Below, piece after piece: positions 10,387 through 19,853 of a stretch of DNA of 63,381 bases. The translations under genes and the position numbers were made by a program. A model generated the notes under the pieces. The model was not told the DNA's origin. It did not search any database and saw nothing but the letters and a program-made list of their open reading frames with translations. Origin of the DNA: Bacillota bacterium (GTDB lineage: Bacteria > Bacillota > Bacilli > Paenibacillales > Paenibacillaceae); NCBI GenBank assembly GCA_023418755.1, contig JAEZZE010000314.1:1-63381 (forward strand), written 5' to 3'. How positions within the stretch are numbered: the first letter of the stretch is position 1; each line of letters begins with the position of its first letter.

Positions 10387-10919
10387 CGGTCCATCGGAAC
10401 GATAATCGGGCGGCGCAGCCTGCCCCGGCCGGGCACTTAACGGTCCAGAAGACCGTTAATCGGGCGCAGCCTGCCCAGCTCGGGCAATTAGCGGTCCAGA
10501 AGACCGTTAATCAGTCGCAGCCTGCCCCAGCCGGGCACTTAACGGTCCAGCAGACCGCTAATCGGGCGCAGCCTGCCCCAGCCGGGCACTTAACGGTCCA
10601 GCAGACCGTTAATCGGGCGCAGCCTGCCCAGCTCGGGCACTTAACGGTCCAGCAGACCGCTAATCGGGCGCAACCTGGCCAGCTCGGTCAGTTAGCGGTT
10701 CAGCAGACCGTTATTCGGGCGCAGCCTGCCCCAGCCGGGCACTTAACGCTCCAGCAGACCGCTAATCGGGCGCAGCCTGCCCAGCTCGGACAGTTAGCGG
10801 TCCAGTAGACCGTTAATCCGGCGCAGCCTGCCCCAGCCGGGCACTTAACGGTCCAGCAGACCGTTAATCAGTCGCAACCTGGACAACGCGTGCGTTTAAC
10901 GGTCCGGAGGACCGCTAAC
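10384..10919. repeat. Tandem array of ten 51-bp double-hairpin units plus a partial unit
   Basis: Consensus CGCAGCCTGCCCCAGCCGGGCACTTAACGGTCCAGCAGACCGTTAATCGGG; units start at 10414, 10465, 10516, 10567, 10618, 10669, 10720, 10771, 10822, 10873. Confidence 0.95.
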
Positions 10920-10920
10920 C

Positions 10921-12816
10921 TCAACGATTCAGCAGACTGCCCACGTACCGAAGCAGCTCGTTGGCGCAGACCGGGCAATAGTGGTGCTCGTCGATGAGCC
11001 GCTTCGTCACTTCGTTGATGCGCTTGAGCTGGCTCTCGTCCGGCGTCTTCGTCGAGGTCGTAATTTTCACGATGTCCTTCAGATCGGTGAACAGCTTCTT
11101 CTCGATCGCCTCGCGGAGCCGGTCGTGCATGCTGTAATCGAACTTCTTGCCCTTGCGGGAATACGCCGACAGGCGAATGAGAATTTCCTCCCGGAACGCC
11201 TTCTTCGCGTTCTCCGATACGCCGATTTGTTCCTCGATCGAACGCATCAGTCTCTCGTCGGGGTCCATCTCTTCACCGGTCAGCGGATCCTTGATTTTCG
11301 ACCAGTTGCAGTAGGCTTCGATATTATCGAGGTAGTTCTCGAACAGCGTCCGGGCGGACTCCTCGAACGAATAGACGAACGCCTTCTGAATTTCCTTCTT
11401 GGCCAGGTTGTCGTACTCCTTGCGCGCGATGGAAATGTAGTTCAGGTACTTCTCCCGTTCCTCTTTCGTGATCGACGGATGCTGATCAAGTCCGTCCTTC
11501 AGCGCCCGCAGGACGTCCAAAGCGTTAATGCACGGAAGATCATGCTTGATCAACGCGCTGGAGATCCGGTTGATCACGTAGCGCGGATCGATGCCGGACA
11601 TGCCCTCCTCGCTGAATTCGCTCTGCATCTCCTTTAGATCGGCTTCCTTGTAGCCCTCCACCTCTTCCCCGTCGTACATTCGCATTTTCTTGATCAGGTC
11701 CATTCCCTGCTTTTTCGACTCTTTGAGACGGGTCATAATCGAGAAGATGGCGGCGGCCCGCAGCGCGTGCGGCGCGATATGAATATGGTTCATATCGGAT
11801 TGGCCGATCAGCTTCGTGTAAATTTTCTCTTCCGAGGATACTTTCAGATTGTACGGAATCGGCATGACGATCATGCGCGATTGCAGAGCTTCGTTTTTCT
11901 TGTTGGCGATGAACGCCTTGTACTCCGATTCGTTCGTATGGGCGACGATCATTTCGTCCGCGCTAATTAACGCGAACCTGCCGGCCTTGAAGTTGCCCTC
12001 CTGCGTCAGGGAAAGCAGATTCCACAGAAATTTCTCGTCGCACTTGAGCATTTCCTGGAATTCCATCAAACCCCGGTTCGCCTTGTTCAGCTCTCCGTCG
12101 AAACGGTAAGCCCGCGGATCGGATTCCGACCCGTACTCCGTAATCGTCGAGAAATCGATGCTTCCGGTCAAATCCGCGATGTCCTGGGATTTCGGATCGG
12201 AAGGACTGAACGTCCCGATGCCGACGCGGTTTTTCTCGGAGATGAGAACGCGCTCGATCGGCACCGTCTCGATGTCGCCGTTGAACTCCGTCTTCAGCCT
12301 CATCTGGCAGGACGGACACAGATCGCCTTCGATCCGCACGCCCAGCTCCTTCTCGATATCCGGCCGCAGTTCGTCCGGAATCAGATGGAGGGGGTCCTCC
12401 TGCATCGGGCAGCCCTTGATCGCGTAGACGGCTCCCTTCGGCGTTCTGGAATACTGTTCGAGCCCTTTCTTAAGCAGCGTTACGATCGTCGATTTTCCCC
12501 CGCTGACGGGTCCCATGAGCAACAAAATCCTTTTGCGCACGTCAAGTCTTCTTGCGGCGGAGTGAAAGTACTCCTCCACCAGCTTTTCCATCGTCTGATC
12601 CAACCCGAAAATCTCGGAATTGAAAAACTTGTATTTTTTGCTTCCGCCCGATTCTTCCACCCCGTGGGACACGATCATATCGTAAACCCGGGCGTGAGCG
12701 GTCATCGCCGGAGAATTGTCGCGGCGAAGAATGTCGATGTAATCCCGAAAAGTCCCCGACCAGCTTAGTTTCTCACTCTCGGCCCGATACTCTGAGATCC
12801 GACTGAAGATGTCCAT
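10921..12816 (-). CDS. prkA: PrkA family serine kinase / AAA+ protein
   Basis: 631 aa; GPVSGGKS Walker A; PSDPKSQD and ELNKANRG motifs. Confidence 0.95.
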   Translation of the reverse strand: MDIFSRISEYRAESEKLSWSGTFRDYIDILRRDNSPAMTAHARVYDMIVSHGVEESGGSKKYKFFNSEIFGLDQTMEKLVEEYFHSAARRLDVRKRILLLMGPVSGGKSTIVTLLKKGLEQYSRTPKGAVYAIKGCPMQEDPLHLIPDELRPDIEKELGVRIEGDLCPSCQMRLKTEFNGDIETVPIERVLISEKNRVGIGTFSPSDPKSQDIADLTGSIDFSTITEYGSESDPRAYRFDGELNKANRGLMEFQEMLKCDEKFLWNLLSLTQEGNFKAGRFALISADEMIVAHTNESEYKAFIANKKNEALQSRMIVMPIPYNLKVSSEEKIYTKLIGQSDMNHIHIAPHALRAAAIFSIMTRLKESKKQGMDLIKKMRMYDGEEVEGYKEADLKEMQSEFSEEGMSGIDPRYVINRISSALIKHDLPCINALDVLRALKDGLDQHPSITKEEREKYLNYISIARKEYDNLAKKEIQKAFVYSFEESARTLFENYLDNIEAYCNWSKIKDPLTGEEMDPDERLMRSIEEQIGVSENAKKAFREEILIRLSAYSRKGKKFDYSMHDRLREAIEKKLFTDLKDIVKITTSTKTPDESQLKRINEVTKRLIDEHHYCPVCANELLRYVGSLLNR

Positions 12817-12863
12817 GCCGCTTCCTCCTCGCAGCTTTCTCTACTCTAAACTTGACGTAATCT

Positions 12864-12894
12864 ATTCTTATGCGGAAGGAAGGACGAATTTGAC
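12864..12894 (-). promoter_or_regulatory. SigE-like promoter of prkA
   Basis: GTCAAATT-N14-CATAAGAAT on the minus strand; prkA is SigE-dependent in B. subtilis. Confidence 0.55.
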
Positions 12895-12988
12895 CTGACA
12901 TTCGCCGTCACGGCTAAACCTCGAATGTCCCGTATGCTATAATGGCGATAAAACCGTCGCATTGCGCTCGTCAGGAGGAGGATCCGCA

Positions 12989-13873
12989 TTGGCCGTCAAA
13001 CTGGAAACCGAGCTGTACCCGCCGGTCAAAAGCTTCTTCGCCTCCCGGGGATTCGAAGTCAAGGCGGAAATCCGCGGCTGCGATCTCGTCGCTTACCGTC
13101 CGGACGAACAGGACGACCCTGTCGCGACGATCGTCGAGATGAAAAAAACGTTCACGCTTCCTTTGCTTCTTCAAGGCATCGACCGGCAGAAGACCGGGGC
13201 TTCCGTCTGGCTCGCCGTGGAGAGGAATCGCGCGAAAAAAGGGGCGCACAATCAAAGATTCAACGAGATTACCCAGCTGTGCAGAAGATTGAACCTGGGA
13301 TTTATGACCGTCACCTTCTACCGTACGAAATCGCCCGTCGTCGACGTTTGGTGCGAGCCTGCGGAAATCCGCGGCGCTTCTCCCTCCCCCGTCTCCGCAA
13401 GCCTCTCCGCGGCTGCGGAAGCGGGAGAGGCTTACGGCTTGAGGCCGGAAAGGCGAAGCAAGGCCAAAGCGGGCAAGCTGCTGAAGGAGTTCAACGCCCG
13501 GAGCGGAGATTATAACGTCGGGGGAAGCACGAAGCGGAAGCTCGTGACGGCGTACCGGGAGAGAGCGATCCAATGCGCGTTGGCGCTGGCCTGCCACGGG
13601 CCCTCCGCGCCTCGCCAAATCCGGGATTGGACGAACTGTCCCAGCGCGGGCTCGATGCTGCGGGAGAATTATTACGGCTGGTTCGGACGGATCAGCAAAG
13701 GAATTTACGAGTTGACCCCGGCCGGAGAAGCGGCGCTGCGAGACTACGGGCACGTCGCTCGGGTATGGGCGCGGCAGTATCCGTGGGCAGAGGCCTACGC
13801 CGGGAATCCGACGGAAGCGCATCAGGAAGGAAAGGAGCCGCTGACAGATGAACGACGAGCCGTATCCGATTGA
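12989..13873 (+). CDS. DUF2161 family putative PD-(D/E)XK protein
   Basis: AGGAGG RBS then TTG; ETELYPPVK..GFEVKAEI..CDLVA..VEMK; GGST..LVTAYR; NYYGWF. Confidence 0.85.
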   Translation: MAVKLETELYPPVKSFFASRGFEVKAEIRGCDLVAYRPDEQDDPVATIVEMKKTFTLPLLLQGIDRQKTGASVWLAVERNRAKKGAHNQRFNEITQLCRRLNLGFMTVTFYRTKSPVVDVWCEPAEIRGASPSPVSASLSAAAEAGEAYGLRPERRSKAKAGKLLKEFNARSGDYNVGGSTKRKLVTAYRERAIQCALALACHGPSAPRQIRDWTNCPSAGSMLRENYYGWFGRISKGIYELTPAGEAALRDYGHVARVWARQYPWAEAYAGNPTEAHQEGKEPLTDERRAVSD

Positions 13874-14162
13874 CCTCGGACCTTCGGAAGCGTATGCCGC
13901 TTTTCCCGCGGAGGTGTCGGTGGACGGAGCGCCTTATTGGCTTGTTCTCGGCTCCGGCGGAGAGTACCGTCTGCTTCTGGCGGTTTGCCCCCATGCGGGA
14001 GGAGACATTCGTCCCCATGGGAACGTATTCTATTGTCCGCTTCATTTCTGGACCTTCCACGGGGAAACCGGGATTTGTCTGAACGACCCCGGCCACAGGC
14101 TGCTTTCTCGCGAAGTCGTCGCGAGGGATAACCGTCTCTACGCCGCTGCAGATCCGCGTTGA
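13848..14162 (+). CDS. Rieske 2Fe-2S domain protein
   Basis: CPH...CPLH ligand motifs; AAGGAG RBS. Confidence 0.85.
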   Translation: MNDEPYPIDLGPSEAYAAFPAEVSVDGAPYWLVLGSGGEYRLLLAVCPHAGGDIRPHGNVFYCPLHFWTFHGETGICLNDPGHRLLSREVVARDNRLYAAADPR

Positions 14163-15299
14163 TCAGCTGCGGGACCATCTCCCCGTAAACTCTCCGATGC
14201 TCTCCGCCAACCTCGCCACGCCCTGGCGTATCTGCCTGTCGTCGGCGAAGGCGTGGGTAATCCGGACGGTATTCGGTTTAGGATCTTTCGTGAAGAACGG
14301 AGCCCCCGGTTGAAAAATCACTCCCTTAAGCCACGCGTCCCGCAGCAGCGCTTCTCCGTCCAATCCGGGCGGAAGCACAAGCCACAGATGCAGCCCGCCT
14401 CGCGGCTCCGTCCATGCCAAATTCTCGATTTCTTGCCGGGCCAGCTGCTCCGTCATCCTTCTCTTGCGCTCCCGGCATTGAACCCGGAGCATTTCGAGCA
14501 GCGGCTCCAGCGGCTGCTCCTCGACCAGGCCCGTCAACGCCCGCCTTTCGATCGGACCTAGCGCGTATTTCCTGGCGTTCTCCCCTCCCTCAAGCGAAGA
14601 ACGGTTGAATACATCCGCGGAACCGACAATCCACCCGACTCGCGAGCCCGCGATCAGACCCGGAGGAAGCTGGCCGATGGAAAGCACCCCGGGGTCCAGG
14701 CGCCTAGGCGTCGCCGGATGATTTTCGGGCTCGTAGAGCAGCATTTCCTGCCTGTCGTCGGTAACGAGCAGCACGCCCGCTTCCCGGCACCGATGGCGGA
14801 CGGCGGCAATATTTTCTTCGCTCCATTGCGTCCCCTCGGGCTCCGTACAGGACGGAGCGACGTAAACCATCTTCGGGCGATATCGGAACAAGGCGGTCGT
14901 CAGCGCTTCCGGGTTCATTCCTTTCCGGTCTCCTTCGACCGCTTCCACTCTCATTCCGGCCTTGCGAAAGGCTTGCAGCGCCGTACGCGACGAAAGCCGC
15001 TCGGTCAGAACGATATCCCCGGGCTCCAACGCTTCGCCGATAATCCAGCTTAACGCTCCGTCCGCCCCTTTCGTAAACCGGATGCTCCTGCCGTTCCCCC
15101 CGTCCTTTCCCTGCAGCAAGCATTTGGAAAACTGCTCCTTCAGCTTCTCTTCCCGGAAGCTGCCTGCTTCTCGCCGCCCCGATCCGAACTCCTCCGACGT
15201 CAATTCCGCCGCGGCGGCTTCCACGCGTTCTTCCCAGTCGGACGAGGAAACGAGTCCTTCTTTGGGCCATCCGCCCATCCAATTAATCATCGAACTCAC
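14163..15299 (-). CDS. Divergent PLP-dependent aminotransferase-fold protein (MocR/AAT-like)
   Basis: PGDIVLTE, PKMVYV.P, WTEPRGGLHLW, GVIFQPG..F, VRI; PLP lysine apparently absent. Confidence 0.8.
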   Translation of the reverse strand: MSSMINWMGGWPKEGLVSSSDWEERVEAAAAELTSEEFGSGRREAGSFREEKLKEQFSKCLLQGKDGGNGRSIRFTKGADGALSWIIGEALEPGDIVLTERLSSRTALQAFRKAGMRVEAVEGDRKGMNPEALTTALFRYRPKMVYVAPSCTEPEGTQWSEENIAAVRHRCREAGVLLVTDDRQEMLLYEPENHPATPRRLDPGVLSIGQLPPGLIAGSRVGWIVGSADVFNRSSLEGGENARKYALGPIERRALTGLVEEQPLEPLLEMLRVQCRERKRRMTEQLARQEIENLAWTEPRGGLHLWLVLPPGLDGEALLRDAWLKGVIFQPGAPFFTKDPKPNTVRITHAFADDRQIRQGVARLAESIGEFTGRWSRS

Positions 15300-15452
15300 G
15301 GCGATTCCCTCCCCTAGCGATGTGGGCCACGGTTCATTTATATGCCCGGCGAGCGAAGTTCATCAACTATTCGGGTTTGTTCACAACTTTTTGCGTTTTC
15401 TTTTTGACAAGGGTTGGTTATAATAAAGGGTAGTTAATCGGAGGTGTAGGAT

Positions 15453-15602
15453 ATGTTCCTTTCGACAGCAGGCGAAGCGGCGCAGCAGGTGATGATCTTC
15501 GGGATGTCCCACAAATTCTGGATCGTCATTCTCGTCCTGGCGTTATTCATCGGTTCTATTTTGACGTCTTCGTATAACGATGATAAAACCAAAGGCCTCT
15601 GA
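15453..15602 (+). CDS. Small single-TM protein (49 aa)
   Basis: GGAGGTG RBS; MFLSTAGEAAQQVMIFGMSHKFWIVILVLALFIGSILTSSYNDDKTKGL; followed by a terminator hairpin ACCGGAACC-GGAA-GGTTCCGGT-TTT. Confidence 0.7.
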   Translation: MFLSTAGEAAQQVMIFGMSHKFWIVILVLALFIGSILTSSYNDDKTKGL

Positions 15603-15708
15603 CCATAGCCGCCGACAAGACCGGAACCGGAAGGTTCCGGTTTTGTTTTGCGCGCAACGACGAAAGCCGTCCTCGGTCGAGGACGGCTTTCGTCGTTGTC
15701 GGTTATGT

Positions 15709-15951
15709 TTACAGCCCTTGCATATCCTTGACGCAAGCAGCGCATACGTAACGCTCCTTGAATTCTCCGACGGATTCCATCGAAGAGCAGAACACGCAGC
15801 GGGGCCGGTAACGTTCCAATATGATATGATCGCCTTGAACCAATATCTCTACGGGGTCACCTTCATTCATTTGGTATCGTTTGCGCAACGATTTCGGAAG
15901 AACAATCCTCCCCAATTGATCGACTTTACGAACTACGCCTGCAGGTTTCAA
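15709..15951 (-). CDS. AbrB/SpoVT-family transition-state regulator paralog
   Basis: GVVRKVDQLGRIVLPKSLR; C-terminal CVFC...CAAC; GGAGG RBS before TTG. Confidence 0.92.
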   Translation of the reverse strand: MKPAGVVRKVDQLGRIVLPKSLRKRYQMNEGDPVEILVQGDHIILERYRPRCVFCSSMESVGEFKERYVCAACVKDMQGL

Positions 15952-16084
15952 TGCAGTTCCTCCATTCATACGCTAATCTTGCTGGTTGTCTCGAAACCTT
16001 TTAGCCTCTTTGACCACTTTATACCGTTCTATACGCGAATCTGATTCCCTTCCGATGATCTAATTTGCTTAGAATTATGCAATT

Positions 16085-16123
16085 TTCGACATTTTGTCTC
16101 GAAAGAACGGGAATAATGTCGAA
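16085..16123. promoter_or_regulatory. Two Spo0A boxes upstream of the abrB-like gene
   Basis: TTCGACA at 16085-16091 and TGTCGAA at 16117-16123 (perfect 0A consensus). Confidence 0.7.
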
Positions 16124-16129
16124 TAATGA

Positions 16130-16591
16130 TCAGGATAAAGGAAAATCGTTTTGCCGGAGCGCCTCGAATACGACGATCGCCGCCGAATTGGCCAGGTTCA
16201 GCGACCGGACCTTGTCCGTCATCGGGATTCTCATGCACGTATCGGCATGAGAATCCAGCATATCCTGCGGCAGTCCTTTCGTTTCCCGTCCGAAGACGAA
16301 GAAATCCCCTTCGCGGAATTCGAAGTCCGTGTAACGTCTCGTCACCCGAGTGCTCGCGAAAAAAAACCGGGCTCCGGGATGGGCTCCCTTCACTTCCTCG
16401 AAAGAGTCGTAATAGGTGATATGAACGGAATGCCAGTAGTCGAGCCCCGCTCTTTTAAGCACCTTGTCATCGGTCGAGAAGCCGAGCGGGCGCACCAGAT
16501 GGAGATGCGTCCCGGTCGCGGCGCAGGTTCTGGCGATATTGCCCGTATTCGCCGGAATTTCCGGATTCACGAGCACAATGTGAAACGGCAT
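16130..16591 (-). CDS. trmL: tRNA (cytidine/uridine-34-2'-O)-methyltransferase
   Basis: PEIPANTGNI, KRAGLDYW, FGRETKGL, RSLNLANS SpoU motifs. Confidence 0.95.
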   Translation of the reverse strand: MPFHIVLVNPEIPANTGNIARTCAATGTHLHLVRPLGFSTDDKVLKRAGLDYWHSVHITYYDSFEEVKGAHPGARFFFASTRVTRRYTDFEFREGDFFVFGRETKGLPQDMLDSHADTCMRIPMTDKVRSLNLANSAAIVVFEALRQNDFPLS

Positions 16592-16686
16592 CGTTATGGC
16601 CTCTCTTCCCGCATACAAAATCGAAGGGCTATCCCTCGGCCGTCGCTTGACGATCGAGGGAAGCCCGGATAAATCGGACTTGCATG

Positions 16687-17775
16687 TTAACCGTTGCGGC
16701 TTTGGAAATCGCGCATGAAGCCCGCCAGCGATTGGACGCTCTCCAGCGGCACGGCATTATAGATCGAGGCGCGCAAGCCGCCGACGCTGCGATGGCCTTT
16801 CAGCCCGACGAAGCCTTGCGCTTCGGACTCCTTGACGAACCGTTTCTCCAGCTCTTCGCTGGCCAGACGGAACGTGACGTTCATAAGAGAACGGCTGCCG
16901 ATTTCCGCGAAGCCGCGGAAGAAGCCTCCGCTCGCATCGATCGTATCGTACAGGAGCGCCGCCTTCTCCCGATTGCGCGCCTCCATGCCGGCCGCCCCGC
17001 CGCTAGCCTTCACCCATTTGAGCACTTCGCCCGCCATGTAGATCGCGAACGTAGGAGGCGTATTGTAGAGCGAGTCGGCCTTCGCGTGAGTAGAGTAGCG
17101 AAGCATCGTCGGCACGACGCCTTCCGGCTTGGCGATCAGATCCTCGCGGATAATGACGATGGTCACGCCGGACGGTCCGAGATTTTTCTGCGCGCCGGCG
17201 TAGATCATCCCGAATTTCGACACATCGACGGGACGGCACAAAATATCGCTCGACATATCCCCGATCAGCGGCACGCTGCCCGTCTCCGGAAACTCCGCCC
17301 ACTGCGTTCCTTCGATTGTTTCGTTGGACGTCAGATGCAAATAAGCGGCGTTGTCCGGCAGCTTCAGCTCTCCGATGGCGGGGACGCGCTTGTACGAATC
17401 GGCTTCCGAGGAAGCCGCGATCGCGACTTCTCCGAACAGCTTCGCTTCCTCGATCGCCTTCGTCGCCCAGCTTCCCGTCGCCACGTAAGCCCCGGTCGTG
17501 CCCGCGCGAAGCAGGTTCATCGGCACCATGGCGAACTGCGTGCTGGCCCCGCCCTGGATGAACAACACTTTGTAGCCATCCGGGATGGCGAGCAGCTCCC
17601 GAAGCAACGCTTCCGTCTCGAAATGGACTTTCTCATAGATCGCGCCCCGATGGGACATCTCCATCAAGGACATGCCGCTGTCCCCGTATTCGACAAATTG
17701 CTTCTGAGCGTTCTGCAGCACGTCGAGCGGCAATGCCGCCGGGCCGGCGTTAAAATTGAAAGCGCGGTTGGCCAT
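16687..17775 (-). CDS. serC: Phosphoserine aminotransferase
   Basis: NFNAGPAALP, MEMSHR, YAGAQKNLGP, GHRSVGGLRASIYNA. Confidence 0.97.
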   Translation of the reverse strand: MANRAFNFNAGPAALPLDVLQNAQKQFVEYGDSGMSLMEMSHRGAIYEKVHFETEALLRELLAIPDGYKVLFIQGGASTQFAMVPMNLLRAGTTGAYVATGSWATKAIEEAKLFGEVAIAASSEADSYKRVPAIGELKLPDNAAYLHLTSNETIEGTQWAEFPETGSVPLIGDMSSDILCRPVDVSKFGMIYAGAQKNLGPSGVTIVIIREDLIAKPEGVVPTMLRYSTHAKADSLYNTPPTFAIYMAGEVLKWVKASGGAAGMEARNREKAALLYDTIDASGGFFRGFAEIGSRSLMNVTFRLASEELEKRFVKESEAQGFVGLKGHRSVGGLRASIYNAVPLESVQSLAGFMRDFQSRNG

Positions 17776-17992
17776 CTCGTCCCCACCTTGTTTGAATTCT
17801 ATAATAGGCTAATCATAACAAAGCTTTGCGCCGCTCGGCAACCTTTATCCGACTTAATCCCCCAAAATATTGTCTTATTTCCGAACGAAAGCGATACCAA
17901 CATGATGAAACTTTCGTCTTTGGTGAAAAATAACCGCGCAGTCCCCATCCCTCGGGATGAAGACTGCGCGGCTTCGAGCTGCGATGATACGA

Positions 17993-19417
17993 TTAGCAAT
18001 CGAAATATAAGCTGTATTCATGCGGGTGAATGCGAATGGAGACCGCTTTGGCTTCCGCGCGTTTGACGCTGACGTAGTTTTCGATGAAGTCCTTGGTGAA
18101 TACGCCGCCTTCCGTCAGGAAGTCATAATCCGCCTCCAGGGCGTCCAGCGCTTCGTCCAGCGTGCCGGGAACGCTGCGGATCTCCTTCTTCTGCTCGTCG
18201 GACAGCTCGTAGATGTTCGTGTCGAACGGACCGAAGCCGAGCGCCGACGGGTCGATTTTGCGTTTGATTCCGTCCAGACCCGCCATCAGCATCGCCGAGA
18301 ACGCCAGATACGGGTTAGCCGTGGAATCCGGAGTACGGAACTCGATGCGGCAGCCTTTAGGCGTAACGGCCGCAACCGGAATACGAACCGCGGCGGAGCG
18401 GTTGCCCTTCGAATAAACCAGGTTCACCGGAGCTTCGTAGCCGGGCACGAGACGTTTGAACGAGTTCGTGGACGGGTTCGTGATGGCGATCAGGGCGGGC
18501 GCGTGATGCAGAATGCCGCCAATGTAATGCAGCGCCATCTGGCTGAGATTCGCGTATCCGCCTTTCTCGTAGAACAGCGGCTCGCCTTCGTTGAAGATCG
18601 ATTGGTGAACGTGCATGCCGCTGCCGTTGTCCCCGAATAGCGGCTTCGGCATGAACGTAGCGGTTTTGCCGAACTGGCGGGCTACGTTGTGAACGATATA
18701 TTTATATTTCATCAGATTATCGGCGGTTTTCGTCAGCGTATCGAAACGGAAGTTGATTTCCGCTTGGCCGGCCGTCGCGACCTCATGGTGATGACGCTCG
18801 ACGCGGAGGCCGCTGTCTTGCAATTGGCGAACCATTTCGCTGCGGATATCTTGCTGGGTATCGACGGGGGCTACCGGGACGTATCCGCCCTTTACGCCGA
18901 TTTTGAAGCCGGAGTTGCCGCCTTCTTCTTTGCGGTTCGTGTTCCAGGCGGCTTCTTCGGAATCGACGAAGAAAGAGGAAGAATTCATCGAGGATTCGTA
19001 ACGGACGTCGTCGAAAATAAAAAATTCGGATTCGGGAGCGAAGAACGCCGTCGTTCCTACGCCGGTTTTTTGCAAATATTCTTCGGCCTTATGGGCGATG
19101 GAACGCGGGTCGCGGTCGTAACGCTGCCCGTCGGGAGTATGAATATTACAAATCACGATCAGCGTCGGATGCGCCGTGAAAGGATCGATGTAGACGGATT
19201 CGGTATCCGGCATCATGACCATATCGGACTCCTCGATTCCGCGGAAGCCGACAATGGAGGAACCGTCGAAAGCCACCCCGTTAACGAAAGTTTCCGCTTC
19301 TACTTCGGGAGCGGGCACCGAAATGTGGTGAGCGCGTCCGCCGAGGTCGATAAAACGGAAATCTACGAATTCGATGTTCTTTTCCTTGATGAGATCCAAT
19401 ACTTGCTGCACTGACAT
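17993..19417 (-). CDS. glnA: Type I glutamine synthetase (GSI-beta-like)
   Basis: FDGSSI, HHEVA, FMPKP..GDNGSGMH, RLVPGYEAP, RIEFR; 474 aa; AGGAA/GGGAGG RBS. Confidence 0.97.
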   Translation of the reverse strand: MSVQQVLDLIKEKNIEFVDFRFIDLGGRAHHISVPAPEVEAETFVNGVAFDGSSIVGFRGIEESDMVMMPDTESVYIDPFTAHPTLIVICNIHTPDGQRYDRDPRSIAHKAEEYLQKTGVGTTAFFAPESEFFIFDDVRYESSMNSSSFFVDSEEAAWNTNRKEEGGNSGFKIGVKGGYVPVAPVDTQQDIRSEMVRQLQDSGLRVERHHHEVATAGQAEINFRFDTLTKTADNLMKYKYIVHNVARQFGKTATFMPKPLFGDNGSGMHVHQSIFNEGEPLFYEKGGYANLSQMALHYIGGILHHAPALIAITNPSTNSFKRLVPGYEAPVNLVYSKGNRSAAVRIPVAAVTPKGCRIEFRTPDSTANPYLAFSAMLMAGLDGIKRKIDPSALGFGPFDTNIYELSDEQKKEIRSVPGTLDEALDALEADYDFLTEGGVFTKDFIENYVSVKRAEAKAVSIRIHPHEYSLYFDC

Positions 19418-19497
19418 TTGATTTTTCCTCCCCATTTCCGAACATTCAGCTCTTGAAACCCAAGTAACGTTCAAGTTTCCGCCGAACTTATGAAATA

Positions 19498-19571
19498 AGT
19501 ATAAAACTCCCCAAAATGAGCGTCAATACTTATGTCAGGTATTTTTTACGCTCATGTTAGCATTTCTCACA
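19498..19571 (-). promoter_or_regulatory. SigA promoter and GlnR/TnrA box of glnA
   Basis: TTGACG-N17-TATACT (19526-19498); TGTTA-N7-TCACA at 19555-19571. Confidence 0.75.
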
Positions 19572-19853
19572 AAATAGGCAGATTACCTAGGAGGAATATC
19601 CCAAATAGTGCTTAAATCAAGCCGTTTCATGAATGCGCTTACGTAAATTAATGGGAAATACCTGACATTGCTTTCATTCAAAACGACATCCGCCTAATGG
19701 TCAACTACATTTCCGTAATCTCCGTCAGCTTCCCTCTCGCCACTCCTCTTTCATCTTTCCCGAACATCCCTTATCTCTGCCACCGCATAACAAAAAGAGT
19801 CGACGTTTTTCGGCTTCTCCGATAAACGATCGACTCTTGTGGTTAAGGGCTTT

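Noticed and set aside
10384..10919. CRISPR array
   Set aside because: Sequences between the palindromes are near-identical, not unique spacers; no cas genes or AT-rich leader nearby.
10414..10919. 17-aa repeat protein (51 bp = 17 codons)
   Set aside because: Recurrent TAA/TAG stops, no ORF of 60 aa or more in the track, and no RBS or start.
19533..19550. Second GlnR box at glnA
   Set aside because: TGTCA-N8-TTACG has the wrong spacing and a mismatch.
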